From Candidatus Latescibacterota bacterium (GTDB taxonomy: Bacteria; Latescibacterota; UBA2968): a DNA stretch of 64,000 nucleotides. Positions within the stretch are counted from its first letter, which is position 1, and each line of letters starts with the position of its first letter. Position numbers and translations under genes: made by a program. Shown here one piece after another: positions 1-8,334 of this stretch. Below the pieces are notes generated by a model. It saw nothing but the letters and a program-made list of their open reading frames with translations. It had not been told where the DNA came from and did no database searches. The stretch is from contig OZ242010.1 of the NCBI GenBank assembly GCA_965204745.1, positions 1,120,001 through 1,184,000 on the forward strand, read 5' to 3'.

Positions 1-2
1 AT

Positions 3-707
3 GGGCCGAGTTCGTTGGAGATTCGCAAGGAATACGTCGCGCCCGTGGCCCGCGCCTTTCCCGACTTGGACATGATCCCCTACGTCATTCCCGGCAGGTC
101 GGGCACGAAATTGTTGCCGGAAGACCTCGGCATCTTGTTCTCCGAATACCAAAATGTGAACACCGTGAAAGAGGCCACAGGCGATTTGGACAACATGGCG
201 CGCACCCGCGAATGCTGTGGGGAGGCGTTTTCGATCATGTCCGGGGACGACGACAAGACGTTTGAGATGATGACCCGGGATGCGATCAAGGCCGCGGGCG
301 TGATCAGCGTGGCGTCCAATGTCGCGCCAGGCCCTGTAACGCAGATGGTACACGCCCTCCAGCGCGGCGACCTGGACGAGGCGAATCGGTTGCACGCGGC
401 ATTAAAGCCCTTGTTTGGCATGGTGGGCGTGGTGTCTGAAGAACAGACGCCTTATGGCATCACAGAAGTCAAAGCGCGCAACCCCTTGCCGATGAAGACC
501 TTGATGAATATTTTGGGCATGCCAGCCGGCCCGTGCCGCCAGCCCTTGGGCAAAATGAATCGGGCGGGCTTGGATATCGTGCTGGGCATTGCCCGCGAAG
601 TCCATGCCCAAAACCCGGAGGTGTTCGCGCCCGTGGCTTCGTTTTTCAACGCGGACATCGCGCAACGCCTGAACGACCCGGCGGTGCTGGACGGATTGGC
701 GTATTGA
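3..707 (+). CDS. dapA: 4-hydroxy-tetrahydrodipicolinate synthase (5'-truncated by window edge)
   Basis: Y-x-IPGR-S-G, VKEATG (Schiff-base Lys), SGDD, GVISVASN, NP-x-P-x-K motifs; directly upstream of dapB. Confidence 0.9.
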   Translation, partial: GPSSLEIRKEYVAPVARAFPDLDMIPYVIPGRSGTKLLPEDLGILFSEYQNVNTVKEATGDLDNMARTRECCGEAFSIMSGDDDKTFEMMTRDAIKAAGVISVASNVAPGPVTQMVHALQRGDLDEANRLHAALKPLFGMVGVVSEEQTPYGITEVKARNPLPMKTLMNILGMPAGPCRQPLGKMNRAGLDIVLGIAREVHAQNPEVFAPVASFFNADIAQRLNDPAVLDGLAY

Positions 708-770
708 GCATGAGCGGCTTGCGGGGGATGGGTGGACTGACGACTACTGACAACTGTTTTTGGAGCGCGT

Positions 771-1604
771 ATGATTGGGGTAGGAATTTGCGGTGTTGCC
801 GGGCGGATGGGGCAGCGCATCTCCCATCTGACCTTAGAGGCGGAAAATTTGGATTTGGGCGGCGGAGTCGAGTTTGCAGGCCATCCCGCGATAGGGAAAG
901 ACATCGGCGACGTCATTGGCGTGCCGCATCTCGGCGTGCAAGTGGTGGCTAGCGTGGAAGCGATGGTGCGCGAGGTCGATGTGGTGGTCGCATTTACTGC
1001 GCCGCCCGAGCCCACGGCTGTCGCCGCGGAAATCGCAGGGCGTGCTGGCGTGCCGATGGTGATTGGCACAACTGGGTTGTCTGCGGAACAAGTCGAGGCG
1101 ATGACGGACGCGCTGAAGGATGTGGCCTGCGTGTTTGCCCCCAATTTCAGCGTGGGGGTTACAGTGCTGACGCAGTTGGTGGAAGAGGCCGCGCGCATTT
1201 TGGGCGGTGATTACGACGTGGAAATCGTCGAGGCGCACCACAGGTTTAAGACAGACGCGCCTTCGGGAACGGCTTACGCGCTGGCCGAGGCCGCGGCGCG
1301 TGGCTTGGAGCGCGATTTGCAAGCCGTGGGCATTTATGGGCGCCATGGCGATACGGGCGCGAGAACGCGCGATGAAATTGGGGTCCACGCAGTGCGCGCG
1401 GGCGATATTGTCGGCGAACACACGGTTGTGTTTGGGGGCATTGGCGAGAGCGTGATGCTCGTCCACCGAGCGCAGAGCCGAGACACGTTTGCCTCTGGCG
1501 TGATTCGCGCCATTCCCTTTGCGGTTGACGCGGATCCAGGGATGTACGATATGCGCGATGTGTTGGGGTTGAGGGGAGAGATAAGAGGTAAGATACTCTC
1601 TTAA
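771..1604 (+). CDS. dapB: 4-hydroxy-tetrahydrodipicolinate reductase; last codons and stop lie within the IS110 end
   Basis: GxxGRMG, VIGTTG, APNFSVG, EAHHRFKTDAPSGTA, RAGDIVGEHTV motifs. Confidence 0.95.
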   Translation: MIGVGICGVAGRMGQRISHLTLEAENLDLGGGVEFAGHPAIGKDIGDVIGVPHLGVQVVASVEAMVREVDVVVAFTAPPEPTAVAAEIAGRAGVPMVIGTTGLSAEQVEAMTDALKDVACVFAPNFSVGVTVLTQLVEEAARILGGDYDVEIVEAHHRFKTDAPSGTAYALAEAAARGLERDLQAVGIYGRHGDTGARTRDEIGVHAVRAGDIVGEHTVVFGGIGESVMLVHRAQSRDTFASGVIRAIPFAVDADPGMYDMRDVLGLRGEIRGKILS

Positions 1605-1607
1605 AGG

Positions 1608-2615
1608 TCAAGGGGATTGCGGGGCGATTCGATAGAATTTCTCGCCCTCAAAATCTTGGTCATGCCGCAACATGCCCCAGATTGAATGGAGCAACTTTCG
1701 CATCACCGCAACGATAGCCTGCAAAGGTTTCTTGCCGCGGGCAATGAGTTGGTCATAGAAGGCTTTGACATGGACTTCGTGTCTGATGGCCACCCAGGCA
1801 GGCATATAGAGGGCATGGCGGAGGTACTTATTCCCGGTTTTCGAGATGCGTCTTTGTGGGTTGGCGGTTCCGGATTGTTTGGGTTTGGGATCCAGGCCTG
1901 CATGTGCGACCCACTGGGGCGGTTGCATCTCCTCAGGCAAAAGGGTCAACTCGGCCAAGAGCCGCAAGGCGCTCGTTTGTGCGATGCCAGGCGTCGAGCA
2001 GAGGCGTTGGTAGGCGCGCTTGAGGGTCTCATCGTGCAAAACGAGATCGAGGGCTTGGTCTTCCAAGTATGCAATCCGGCGTTTGAGGTGTCGAATATTC
2101 ACCTGAATATCGCGTGCGATGCGCCGTGTGCTCAGGATGTGGTAGCTTTGCGCGTGGTTGCGGCTCTGTTCACTGATGATCACCTGCTTGAGTTGGTCAA
2201 TGCGTCTGGTGAGGGCTTGCAGTTGAAGCCGTTGCTCACTCGGCGCTTGCCAAGGCACAAACGGCATGCGCTCGGCATAATCCATGATCAACAACGCATC
2301 CTTCGCATCCGTCTTGGCTCGTTGCATGCGGGCTTGACCGTACTTGCTCATCGCTTTGGGATTGACGACCATGACCTTTGTGTGGCGATGCCGATGCAAG
2401 GCCAAGGCCACCCCCAAGCTGTAAAGCCCGGTCGCTTCGAGGCACACAGAGACCATGTGCCCGCCCTTGGTGAGCCACTTCAGCAACCGCTTATGGGCTT
2501 GGGGATCATTGGCAAAGGTCGCTTGCATGACAGCTTGTCCGGGTCTGGACAGGGCAACAGACAACGTGCGGGCACTGACATCAATGCCGGCGAAAGCGGG
2601 TTGAGATTTCGACAT
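1608..2615 (-). CDS. IS110-family DEDD recombinase/transposase (335 aa)
   Basis: GIDVS, CLEATG, KTDAKDA (DEDD RuvC-like tetrad); PGIAQTSA, AGLDP-x-PKQSG (catalytic Ser), GNKYLRHALY, AVMRKLL. Confidence 0.95.
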   Translation of the reverse strand: MSKSQPAFAGIDVSARTLSVALSRPGQAVMQATFANDPQAHKRLLKWLTKGGHMVSVCLEATGLYSLGVALALHRHRHTKVMVVNPKAMSKYGQARMQRAKTDAKDALLIMDYAERMPFVPWQAPSEQRLQLQALTRRIDQLKQVIISEQSRNHAQSYHILSTRRIARDIQVNIRHLKRRIAYLEDQALDLVLHDETLKRAYQRLCSTPGIAQTSALRLLAELTLLPEEMQPPQWVAHAGLDPKPKQSGTANPQRRISKTGNKYLRHALYMPAWVAIRHEVHVKAFYDQLIARGKKPLQAIVAVMRKLLHSIWGMLRHDQDFEGEKFYRIAPQSP

Positions 2616-2679
2616 GGGGGCCTCCTGTGATGAGGGGTTGTAAGGGGTCTGGTGTGCGCTCGAGTTCGATCCCGACCAT

Positions 2680-2865
2680 TGACGCCAAGTCTACCGGTCT
2701 TGTATATGCAGCCTCAAGGGACTTAGATACTCTTCGGCATAGACCCGGCGGTCGGGGGGCCTATCTTACCTACAAGGTCATCGCCTTCAAGAGGGGCCGG
2801 CCTTCCCCGAGCCGGGCATCAAGATGGCTTATCTCGATACGAGGGCGCAACTCCTAATTAACCCT
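2680..2865 (-). ncRNA. Predicted bridge RNA of IS110 copy 1 (ends approximate)
   Basis: Target loop with guides GGCCCCUCU (2790-2798) and AGGUAAG (2765-2771); donor loop with AGAGUAUCU (2725-2733) and AUACAAG (2699-2705); each loop is closed by stems. Confidence 0.8.
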
Positions 2866-2905
2866 TACTTCCAAGATACAAGAGGTAAGATACTCTCTTA
2901 AAAGG

Positions 2906-3913
2906 TCAAGGGGTTTTCGGGGTGATTCGATAGAATTTTTCGCCCTCAAAATCTTGGTCATGGCGCAACATGCCCCAGATCGAATGGAGCAACTTTCGCA
3001 TCACCGCAACGATAGCCTGCAAAGGTTTCTTGCCGCGGGCGATGAGTTGGTCATAGAAGGCTTTGACATGGCCTTCGTGTCTGATGGCCACCCAGGCAGG
3101 CATATAGAGGGCATGGCGGAGGTACTTATTCCCGGTTTTCGAGATGCGTCTTTGTGGATTGGCGGTTCCGGATTGTTTGGGTTTGGGATCCAGGCCTGCA
3201 TGTGCGACCCACTGGGGCGGTTGCATCTCCTCTGGCAAAAGGGTCAACTCGGCCAAGAGCCGCAAGGCACTCGTTTGCGCGATGCCAGGCGTCGAGCAGA
3301 GGCGTTGGTAGGCACGCTTGAGGGGCTCATCGTGCAAAACGAGATCGAGGGCTTGGCTTTCCAAGTATGCAATCCGGCGTTTGAAGTGTCGAATATTCAC
3401 CTGAATATCGCGTGCGATGAGACGTGTGCTGCGGATGTGGTAGCTCTGCGCGTGGTTGCGGCTCTGTTCGCGGATGATCTCCTGCTTGAGTTGGTCAATG
3501 CGTCTGGTGAGGGCTTGCAGTTGAAGCCGTTGCTCGCTCGGCGCTTGCCAAGGCACAAAAGGCATGCGCTCGGCATAGTCGAGGATCAACAACGCATCCT
3601 TCGCATCCGTCTTCGCCCGTTGCATGCAGGCTTGGGCGTACTTGCTCATCGCTTTGGGATTGACGACCATGACCTTTGTGTGGCGATGCCGATGCAAGGC
3701 CAAGGCCACCCCCAAACTGTAAAGCCCGGTCGCTTCGAGGCACACAGAGACCATGTGCCCGCCCTTCGTGAGCCACTTCAGCAACCGCTTATGCGCTTGG
3801 GGATCATTGGCAAAGGTCGCTTGCATGACAGCTTGTCCGGGTCTGGACAGGGCAACGGACAACGTGCGGGCACTGACATCAATGCCGGCAAAAGCGGGGT
3901 GAGATTTCGACAT
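2906..3913 (-). CDS. IS110-family DEDD recombinase/transposase (335 aa from MSKSH)
   Basis: Same motifs as copy 1; RBS CAGGAGG before the ATG at 3913. Confidence 0.95.
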   Translation of the reverse strand: MSKSHPAFAGIDVSARTLSVALSRPGQAVMQATFANDPQAHKRLLKWLTKGGHMVSVCLEATGLYSLGVALALHRHRHTKVMVVNPKAMSKYAQACMQRAKTDAKDALLILDYAERMPFVPWQAPSEQRLQLQALTRRIDQLKQEIIREQSRNHAQSYHIRSTRLIARDIQVNIRHFKRRIAYLESQALDLVLHDEPLKRAYQRLCSTPGIAQTSALRLLAELTLLPEEMQPPQWVAHAGLDPKPKQSGTANPQRRISKTGNKYLRHALYMPAWVAIRHEGHVKAFYDQLIARGKKPLQAIVAVMRKLLHSIWGMLRHDQDFEGEKFYRITPKTP

Positions 3914-3979
3914 GGGGGCCTCCTGTGATGAGGGGGTTGTAAGGGATCTGGTGCGCGCTCGGGGTCGCGTCCCGACCAT

Positions 3980-4165
3980 TGACGCCAAGTCTACCGGTCT
4001 TGTATATGCAGCCTCAAGGGGCTTAGATACTCTTCGGCATAGACCCGGCGGTCGGGGGGCCTATCTTACCTACAAGGTCATCGCCTTCAAGAGGGGCCGG
4101 CCTTCCCCGAGCCGGGCATCAAGATGGCTTATCTCGATACGAGGGCGCAACTCCTAATTAACCCT
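3980..4165 (-). ncRNA. Predicted bridge RNA of IS110 copy 2 (ends approximate)
   Basis: Guides at 4090-4098 (LTG), 4065-4071 (RTG), 4025-4033 (LDG), 3999-4005 (RDG); stems CCCGGC-UCGGGG-GGCC/GGCC-CCCCGA-GCCGGG and GUCUA..CCG/CGG..UAGAC. Confidence 0.8.
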
Positions 4166-4190
4166 TACTTCCAAGATACAAGAGGGGTGG

Positions 4191-4267
4191 TCTTCTCACG
4201 TCTTGCCTCTCACCTTTTTGCGCGATGCCCCCGTGCTCGCCCGAAGATACAAGAGGTAAGATGGAAG
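4191..4267. repeat. Inverted pair of degenerate 7-bp (TCTYRCC-type) repeat arrays next to the IS110 insertion site
   Basis: tctcacg tcttgcc tctcacc ... aagatac aagaggt aagatgg aag. Confidence 0.65.
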
Positions 4268-4382
4268 TTTAGCCACGAGCGGGATACAACTGGCGATAGC
4301 CCGTTCAAAGGCGAGCAGTGTGTGTAGCCGTGCAGTGGGCGGGTTCGGATTTTGATGGATACAACAATTGGAGGAGGCAGTT

Positions 4383-6290
4383 ATGAGTGCGGATGTACAG
4401 GCGGCCTTTGATGCCGGGCAAACGCTCGCGGTGGCTGACCGGGTTTTGATCGCGCCCGAGGTGGGGACGTTGCAGGGCCGCGTGGATGATCTGTTGGGGG
4501 CCATTCAAAACAGCGGGGCGTCGGGCGAGTTGATGTGCAAGACCCTGATTCAGTTGGGCATGAATTTTGTGGGGCGCGATGCCGAGATCGTCGGCTATGG
4601 CGCGGATGAGATCGCCGCCGCGCTCGACCGCGTGTTGGGCGCGCTTGACGCGGTGGAGGGCGCGGTGGCAACGCGCGTGGTGGCTGGCTTTTTGGCGGAT
4701 ATGAAATCCGTGAACTTGTCCGATAGCCTTTCCGGGTTGCTGGCCGAACGCATTGAGATGGGTTTGGACGCGGGCAATCCCGGCAGGTCGTTTTTGACCT
4801 TGCTCAAAGCCGAGATGCGCGGCGGCGTGTATTGGCAGATGATCGGGGAGAATGTCTGTAAGTTCGGCAATGATTTTGCGCGCGGGCTGGAGTATTTGCG
4901 GCACTACGGATTTTGTCAGGTCTCGACGAATCCGGTCTTGGCGGCCAAGGCGTTTGACGAAGATCCGTCGCTGGATGACGATCTCAAGGCCGAGATCGCC
5001 AAGCGCGACGCGTGGAAAGCCGAGCCGGAAAAGCATGCCGATGAAATCGTCATGGCGGCCACGTTGATCGCGCTGTGGCCGAATCTGTCCATTTTCCGGC
5101 CCTTGGCCCTGCACACGGAGTTGAAGGACTACATGGTGAGTTTTCAACTCAACCCCAATATCGCGGACCAGGCCGATGCCAGCATTGAAGATGCGCGCAA
5201 CGCCTACGGGATTGCCGATGCGTATTTGAGGGATTACGACGAGTTGCTGGGCGCGGGCGAGATCGCGCTGGATCCCAATATCGTTTTTAAGGTGGGCGGC
5301 GGGCACGAGGCCGCGCGAAAAATTACGACCGTGCTCAACAGCGAGGGTATTGGCACGAATAACACGGTGGTCTATACCGTGGCGCAAGAGGTGCAACTGG
5401 TCATCGACGCGTTTGGGGGCAAGGCGCGGGCCGCGCAGGCGGGCAAGCCCGTGGTGCGGACTTATGAGACGAACATGGGCGGGCGTTTTGTCAGCCATTT
5501 GCGCGAGGTGGAAGCCGAGAAGTTGTTTGGCGCGTTGATAGAAGATCGCGCCGGCGAATGGCTCGCGGAACTCGCTGCGGATTTGGGCGTGGAGATGCCC
5601 GATGGCACACTGGCCGAGCGTGCGGCTCATGTCTGTTCTTACGCCCATTTGAAGTCGCTGGATCACCCGATTGTCTTAAAAGTTGCCGAGGCCGTGGGGC
5701 AGTCTTCAGAGGCGATGGTGCAACTCGAAGCGGATTTGAAGAAGGCGGGGACCCTGGTCGCTCGGCGCGTGCATTGGATTTTTTACGCGCCTGAAAATAG
5801 GCCCAAGTGGGTGGCCTACTTGTCCAAGACCTACGGGTTGACGGAAGATCGCGCACACTGGATTTTGGCGTCGATGGACGTGTTGCCCGCGTCCAAGCGC
5901 GTTCCCGACGATACGCTTCACGCCTTGGGCAAAAACATGTGCCACACGGAATTTCCCAATCACCAACGCGCGGTGCAACTCGTGTCCGAAGCACCGGATT
6001 TTGATCTGGACGAACTCCGGGGATCCATCGGCGATGAATACGATCCCGGCGTGGCGCAACGGCTTTACGAATTGCCCGATTTTCAAAAGGGCTACGACTT
6101 GACACCCGCGCTGAAGGCGTTTCTCGAGCGCGAGGTCAAAATCGATCTGAGCGGCTGGCAGACGCGGGGCATCGAACCCGGCGATTGGCCCAATTTTGGA
6201 TCGGTGCAAAAAACCAGCAACGAGTTCAAGGCGGCGTACGACGCATTTTTGATCCGCTGCGTCAACTTGGCGAAAGAAGTTGCGGGATAG
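4383..6290 (+). CDS. Large transaldolase-family protein with N-terminal extension
   Basis: VSTNP, VSFQLNP, NIVFKV (Schiff-base Lys), GIGTNNTVVYTVAQ resemble transaldolase motifs; RBS GGAGGAGG before the ATG at 4383. Confidence 0.7.
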   Translation: MSADVQAAFDAGQTLAVADRVLIAPEVGTLQGRVDDLLGAIQNSGASGELMCKTLIQLGMNFVGRDAEIVGYGADEIAAALDRVLGALDAVEGAVATRVVAGFLADMKSVNLSDSLSGLLAERIEMGLDAGNPGRSFLTLLKAEMRGGVYWQMIGENVCKFGNDFARGLEYLRHYGFCQVSTNPVLAAKAFDEDPSLDDDLKAEIAKRDAWKAEPEKHADEIVMAATLIALWPNLSIFRPLALHTELKDYMVSFQLNPNIADQADASIEDARNAYGIADAYLRDYDELLGAGEIALDPNIVFKVGGGHEAARKITTVLNSEGIGTNNTVVYTVAQEVQLVIDAFGGKARAAQAGKPVVRTYETNMGGRFVSHLREVEAEKLFGALIEDRAGEWLAELAADLGVEMPDGTLAERAAHVCSYAHLKSLDHPIVLKVAEAVGQSSEAMVQLEADLKKAGTLVARRVHWIFYAPENRPKWVAYLSKTYGLTEDRAHWILASMDVLPASKRVPDDTLHALGKNMCHTEFPNHQRAVQLVSEAPDFDLDELRGSIGDEYDPGVAQRLYELPDFQKGYDLTPALKAFLEREVKIDLSGWQTRGIEPGDWPNFGSVQKTSNEFKAAYDAFLIRCVNLAKEVAG

Positions 6291-6358
6291 CAGGGCGCAG
6301 GCGAAGGTCGCGAGTTGATCGCCGGGTCGGTTGAGCGTTTCTCACGGTGGATAACCGA

Positions 6359-6736
6359 ATGTCCAATCGCGCGACAGATTGGTTGGCGCAAGCGCGGCGC
6401 GACCTGGAACAGGCTACGGATTCCCGGCGGGCGGGTCGGCACGAGTGGGCGTGTTTCGCCGCGCAACAAGCCGCGGAAAACGCGGTTAAAGCATTGCATC
6501 TGTCTTTGGGGCAGGAGGCCTGGGGCCATGTGGTGGCGCGCCTGCTGAGGGATTTGCCCGAAGGCATCGAGGTGGGAGACGATCTGGTGGATAAGGGGCG
6601 GGTGTTGGACGGGTTTTACATTCCAGCGCGATATCCCAATGGGTTTCCAGAGGGCGCGCCTTTTGAACATTTCGGCCAGTTGCAAAGCGATGAGGCGGTG
6701 CGTTATGCCCGAACGGATATTGCACGGGCGGTGTAG
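6359..6736 (+). CDS. HEPN domain protein with a chimeric C-terminus and no cognate MNT nearby
   Basis: W-x-x-QARRDL, ACFAAQQAAE, WGH, YIPARYPN motifs. Confidence 0.85.
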   Translation: MSNRATDWLAQARRDLEQATDSRRAGRHEWACFAAQQAAENAVKALHLSLGQEAWGHVVARLLRDLPEGIEVGDDLVDKGRVLDGFYIPARYPNGFPEGAPFEHFGQLQSDEAVRYARTDIARAV

Positions 6737-6766
6737 GTGCTGACGTTTTGGATCGGCGGATCGAAT
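6706..6766 (+). repeat. 61-bp direct repeat R1, copy 1 (vapC 3' end)
   Basis: Matches 8168-8228 with one mismatch. Confidence 0.9.
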
Positions 6767-6822
6767 GGAACCACTTTCGAGGCTGGGGCAATGGTGCTGT
6801 GCTGGTGGTCACAAAAAATGGT

Positions 6823-7146
6823 ATGATGGGTATTCTTGAAGGCATCCGCGAAAAGATCCGAAACGGTCAGTTTGAGTTCTCTCAGCATGCCACTGACCAA
6901 AGTATTATGCGTCATATTCGCGTCAGAGAACTGCGTGAAGCGATTGAAAATGGTGAACGGATCGCAGACTATCCCAACGACAAATACGGCCCGAGTTGCC
7001 TGATTCTCGGTTTCACGAAATCTAAGAGACCGCTACATATTCATTGTAGTTATCCATCGAGACCTTTAGTCAAAATCATAACCCTGTACGAACCCGATCC
7101 CGCACGATGGATCAATTTCAAAATAAGGAAAAAACAAAATGTCTGA
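6823..7146 (+). CDS. DUF4258-family putative toxin
   Basis: FSQHA, DYPNDKYGPSCLILG, RPLHI, IITLYEPDP-x-x-W. Confidence 0.85.
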   Translation: MMGILEGIREKIRNGQFEFSQHATDQSIMRHIRVRELREAIENGERIADYPNDKYGPSCLILGFTKSKRPLHIHCSYPSRPLVKIITLYEPDPARWINFKIRKKQNV

Positions 7147-7369
7147 CCTGTGGCGTGAAACATTCGTTGAGAAGCGCGTTCTGTATAGCCTTGAAGTACA
7201 AGGGCGGGTCGTTATCATTGAAGATGTCCCTGCGCGAGTCAATGTCGAGACGGGAGAAAAATTCTTTTCTCCAGAAACTACCGAGCGTTTGCAACAAGCG
7301 GTTTGGAACGAGTGTCAACCCGTTCGCACTATCGAGACCCCTGTGTATGAGTACGCCGAATTAGCCTAA
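7139..7369 (+). CDS. YgiT/MqsA-type zinc-finger-like antitoxin (variant lacking the Cys ligands)
   Basis: IIEDVPARV-x-x-x-TGEKFFSPE; overlaps the DUF4258 gene. Confidence 0.75.
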   Translation: MSDLWRETFVEKRVLYSLEVQGRVVIIEDVPARVNVETGEKFFSPETTERLQQAVWNECQPVRTIETPVYEYAELA

Positions 7370-7387
7370 CAGCACAACTCGGATCGC

Positions 7388-7488
7388 GTCAAGGCGACGC
7401 GGGGTTTGACACGCGGTTCGATTTGAATGGCGAGATTGGGTTCGCCGATTTTCTGATCGGCCGTGCCTTTGGCAACGAGGGATCGTAA
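7388..7488 (+). pseudogene. Orphan 3' fragment of an EF-hand/dockerin-like C-terminal domain
   Basis: Translates RQGDAGFDTRFDLNGEIGFADFLIGRAFGNEGS*; no start codon. Confidence 0.6.
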
Positions 7489-7523
7489 CCGCGCCGCTGT
7501 CTAACCCCAAAAAGGAGCGCGAC

Positions 7524-7817
7524 ATGGCACTGACACTCAAACCGCAAACAGAAGCTCGCATCGCCGATTTAGCCAAGCGGTTGGGCTTTGCCGGTCAGAA
7601 TGCGACGGATCAGGTGCTGAAAATGGCACTGGACGACTTGGACGCCAAGACGCCGCCAGCACGCCGCAAGATGACGCCCGAAGAGATGGAGGCGGAAGTG
7701 GCGTATTGGCGGAAAGTGGCGAAACGAAACCGCATGTTGCATCCCTTTGATGACGAGAACCCACCATCCAAAGTCTGGCAGGAGGAATTGTACGACGAGC
7801 GGGGGCTTCCGAGATGA
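7524..7817 (+). CDS. vapB: VapB-type antitoxin (Rv0623-like)
   Basis: MALTLK..E..IADLA N-terminus; LYDERGLPR C-terminus overlapping the PIN gene start. Confidence 0.75.
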   Translation: MALTLKPQTEARIADLAKRLGFAGQNATDQVLKMALDDLDAKTPPARRKMTPEEMEAEVAYWRKVAKRNRMLHPFDDENPPSKVWQEELYDERGLPR

Positions 7818-8198
7818 TAGTCGCCGACACGTCAGCAATCATGGCGGTACTGACCAACGAACAGGAAGGCCCGGGGTTTTTAGATACAATGGTCAACGAC
7901 GGAGGGGTGCTGATCTCTACCGCTAGTGCGGTTGAACTCATGATTGTTGCGATGGGCAGAGGCGATGATGTCTATCAATCTGCCATCCGGTTTTTCGATA
8001 GTCCTTTTGATTCCATTAGACGAGGAGCAGATGTGGGCCGCTGTTGATGCTTACGAGCGATATGGCAAGGGTCGCGGGCATCCCGCTGGGCTCAATTTTG
8101 GCGATACATTTGCCTACTCACTGGCGGTTGTGCGGCGGTTGCCGTTGCTGTTCAAGGGCGATGATTTTGCCCGAACGGATATTGCGCGGGCGGTGTAG
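7814..8198 (+). pseudogene. vapC: VapC PIN-domain toxin, frameshifted near 8005
   Basis: MIVADTSAIMA in one frame; YGKGRGHPAGLNFGDTFAY..LLFKGDDF in another. Confidence 0.85.
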
Positions 8199-8228
8199 GT
8201 GCTGACGTTTTGGATCGGCGGATCGAAT
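8168..8228 (+). repeat. 61-bp direct repeat R1, copy 2
   Basis: Matches 6706-6766. Confidence 0.9.
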
Positions 8229-8233
8229 CTGGT

Positions 8234-8284
8234 GGGTAATCCGCGCAATCCTTTAATCCACTTAATCCGCGATTCAGACAAATG
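8234..8284 (+). repeat. 51-bp direct repeat R2, copy 1 (AATCC every 9 nt), followed by a GTAG REP-like hairpin
   Basis: Matches 12325-12375 with 2 mismatches. Confidence 0.9.
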
Positions 8285-8334
8285 TAGGGGCGCGGTCCCG
8301 TACCCACCGAAAATAGAAGATAGGCGAGGGGTGA

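Larger units (their letters stand above)
1591..2882 (-). mobile_element. IS110-family element, copy 1 (CT cores at 1591-1592 and 2881-2882)
   Basis: Minus strand: left end CT|TGTATCTTGG, right end GAGAGTAT|CT; ~265-bp non-coding left end then transposase; no terminal inverted repeats; near-identical to copy 2. Confidence 0.92.
2888..4182 (-). mobile_element. IS110-family element, copy 2 (CT cores at 2888-2889 and 4181-4182)
   Basis: Same end sequences as copy 1; separated from copy 1 by only 5 bp (TACCT) between cores. Confidence 0.92.

Noticed and set aside
1686-3928. Long plus-strand ORFs antisense to the IS110 transposases
   Set aside because: They are shadow frames with no recognisable motifs.
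3914-3988. N-terminal extension of transposase copy 2 in the ORF track
   Set aside because: It is absent in copy 1, overlaps the non-coding end, and the RBS supports the ATG at 3913.
4245-4262. Possible third IS110 left end (TACCT-CT-TGTATCTT on the minus strand)
   Set aside because: The match stops after ~10 nt of left-end sequence and is explained by the heptamer repeat, although a tiny relic cannot be excluded.
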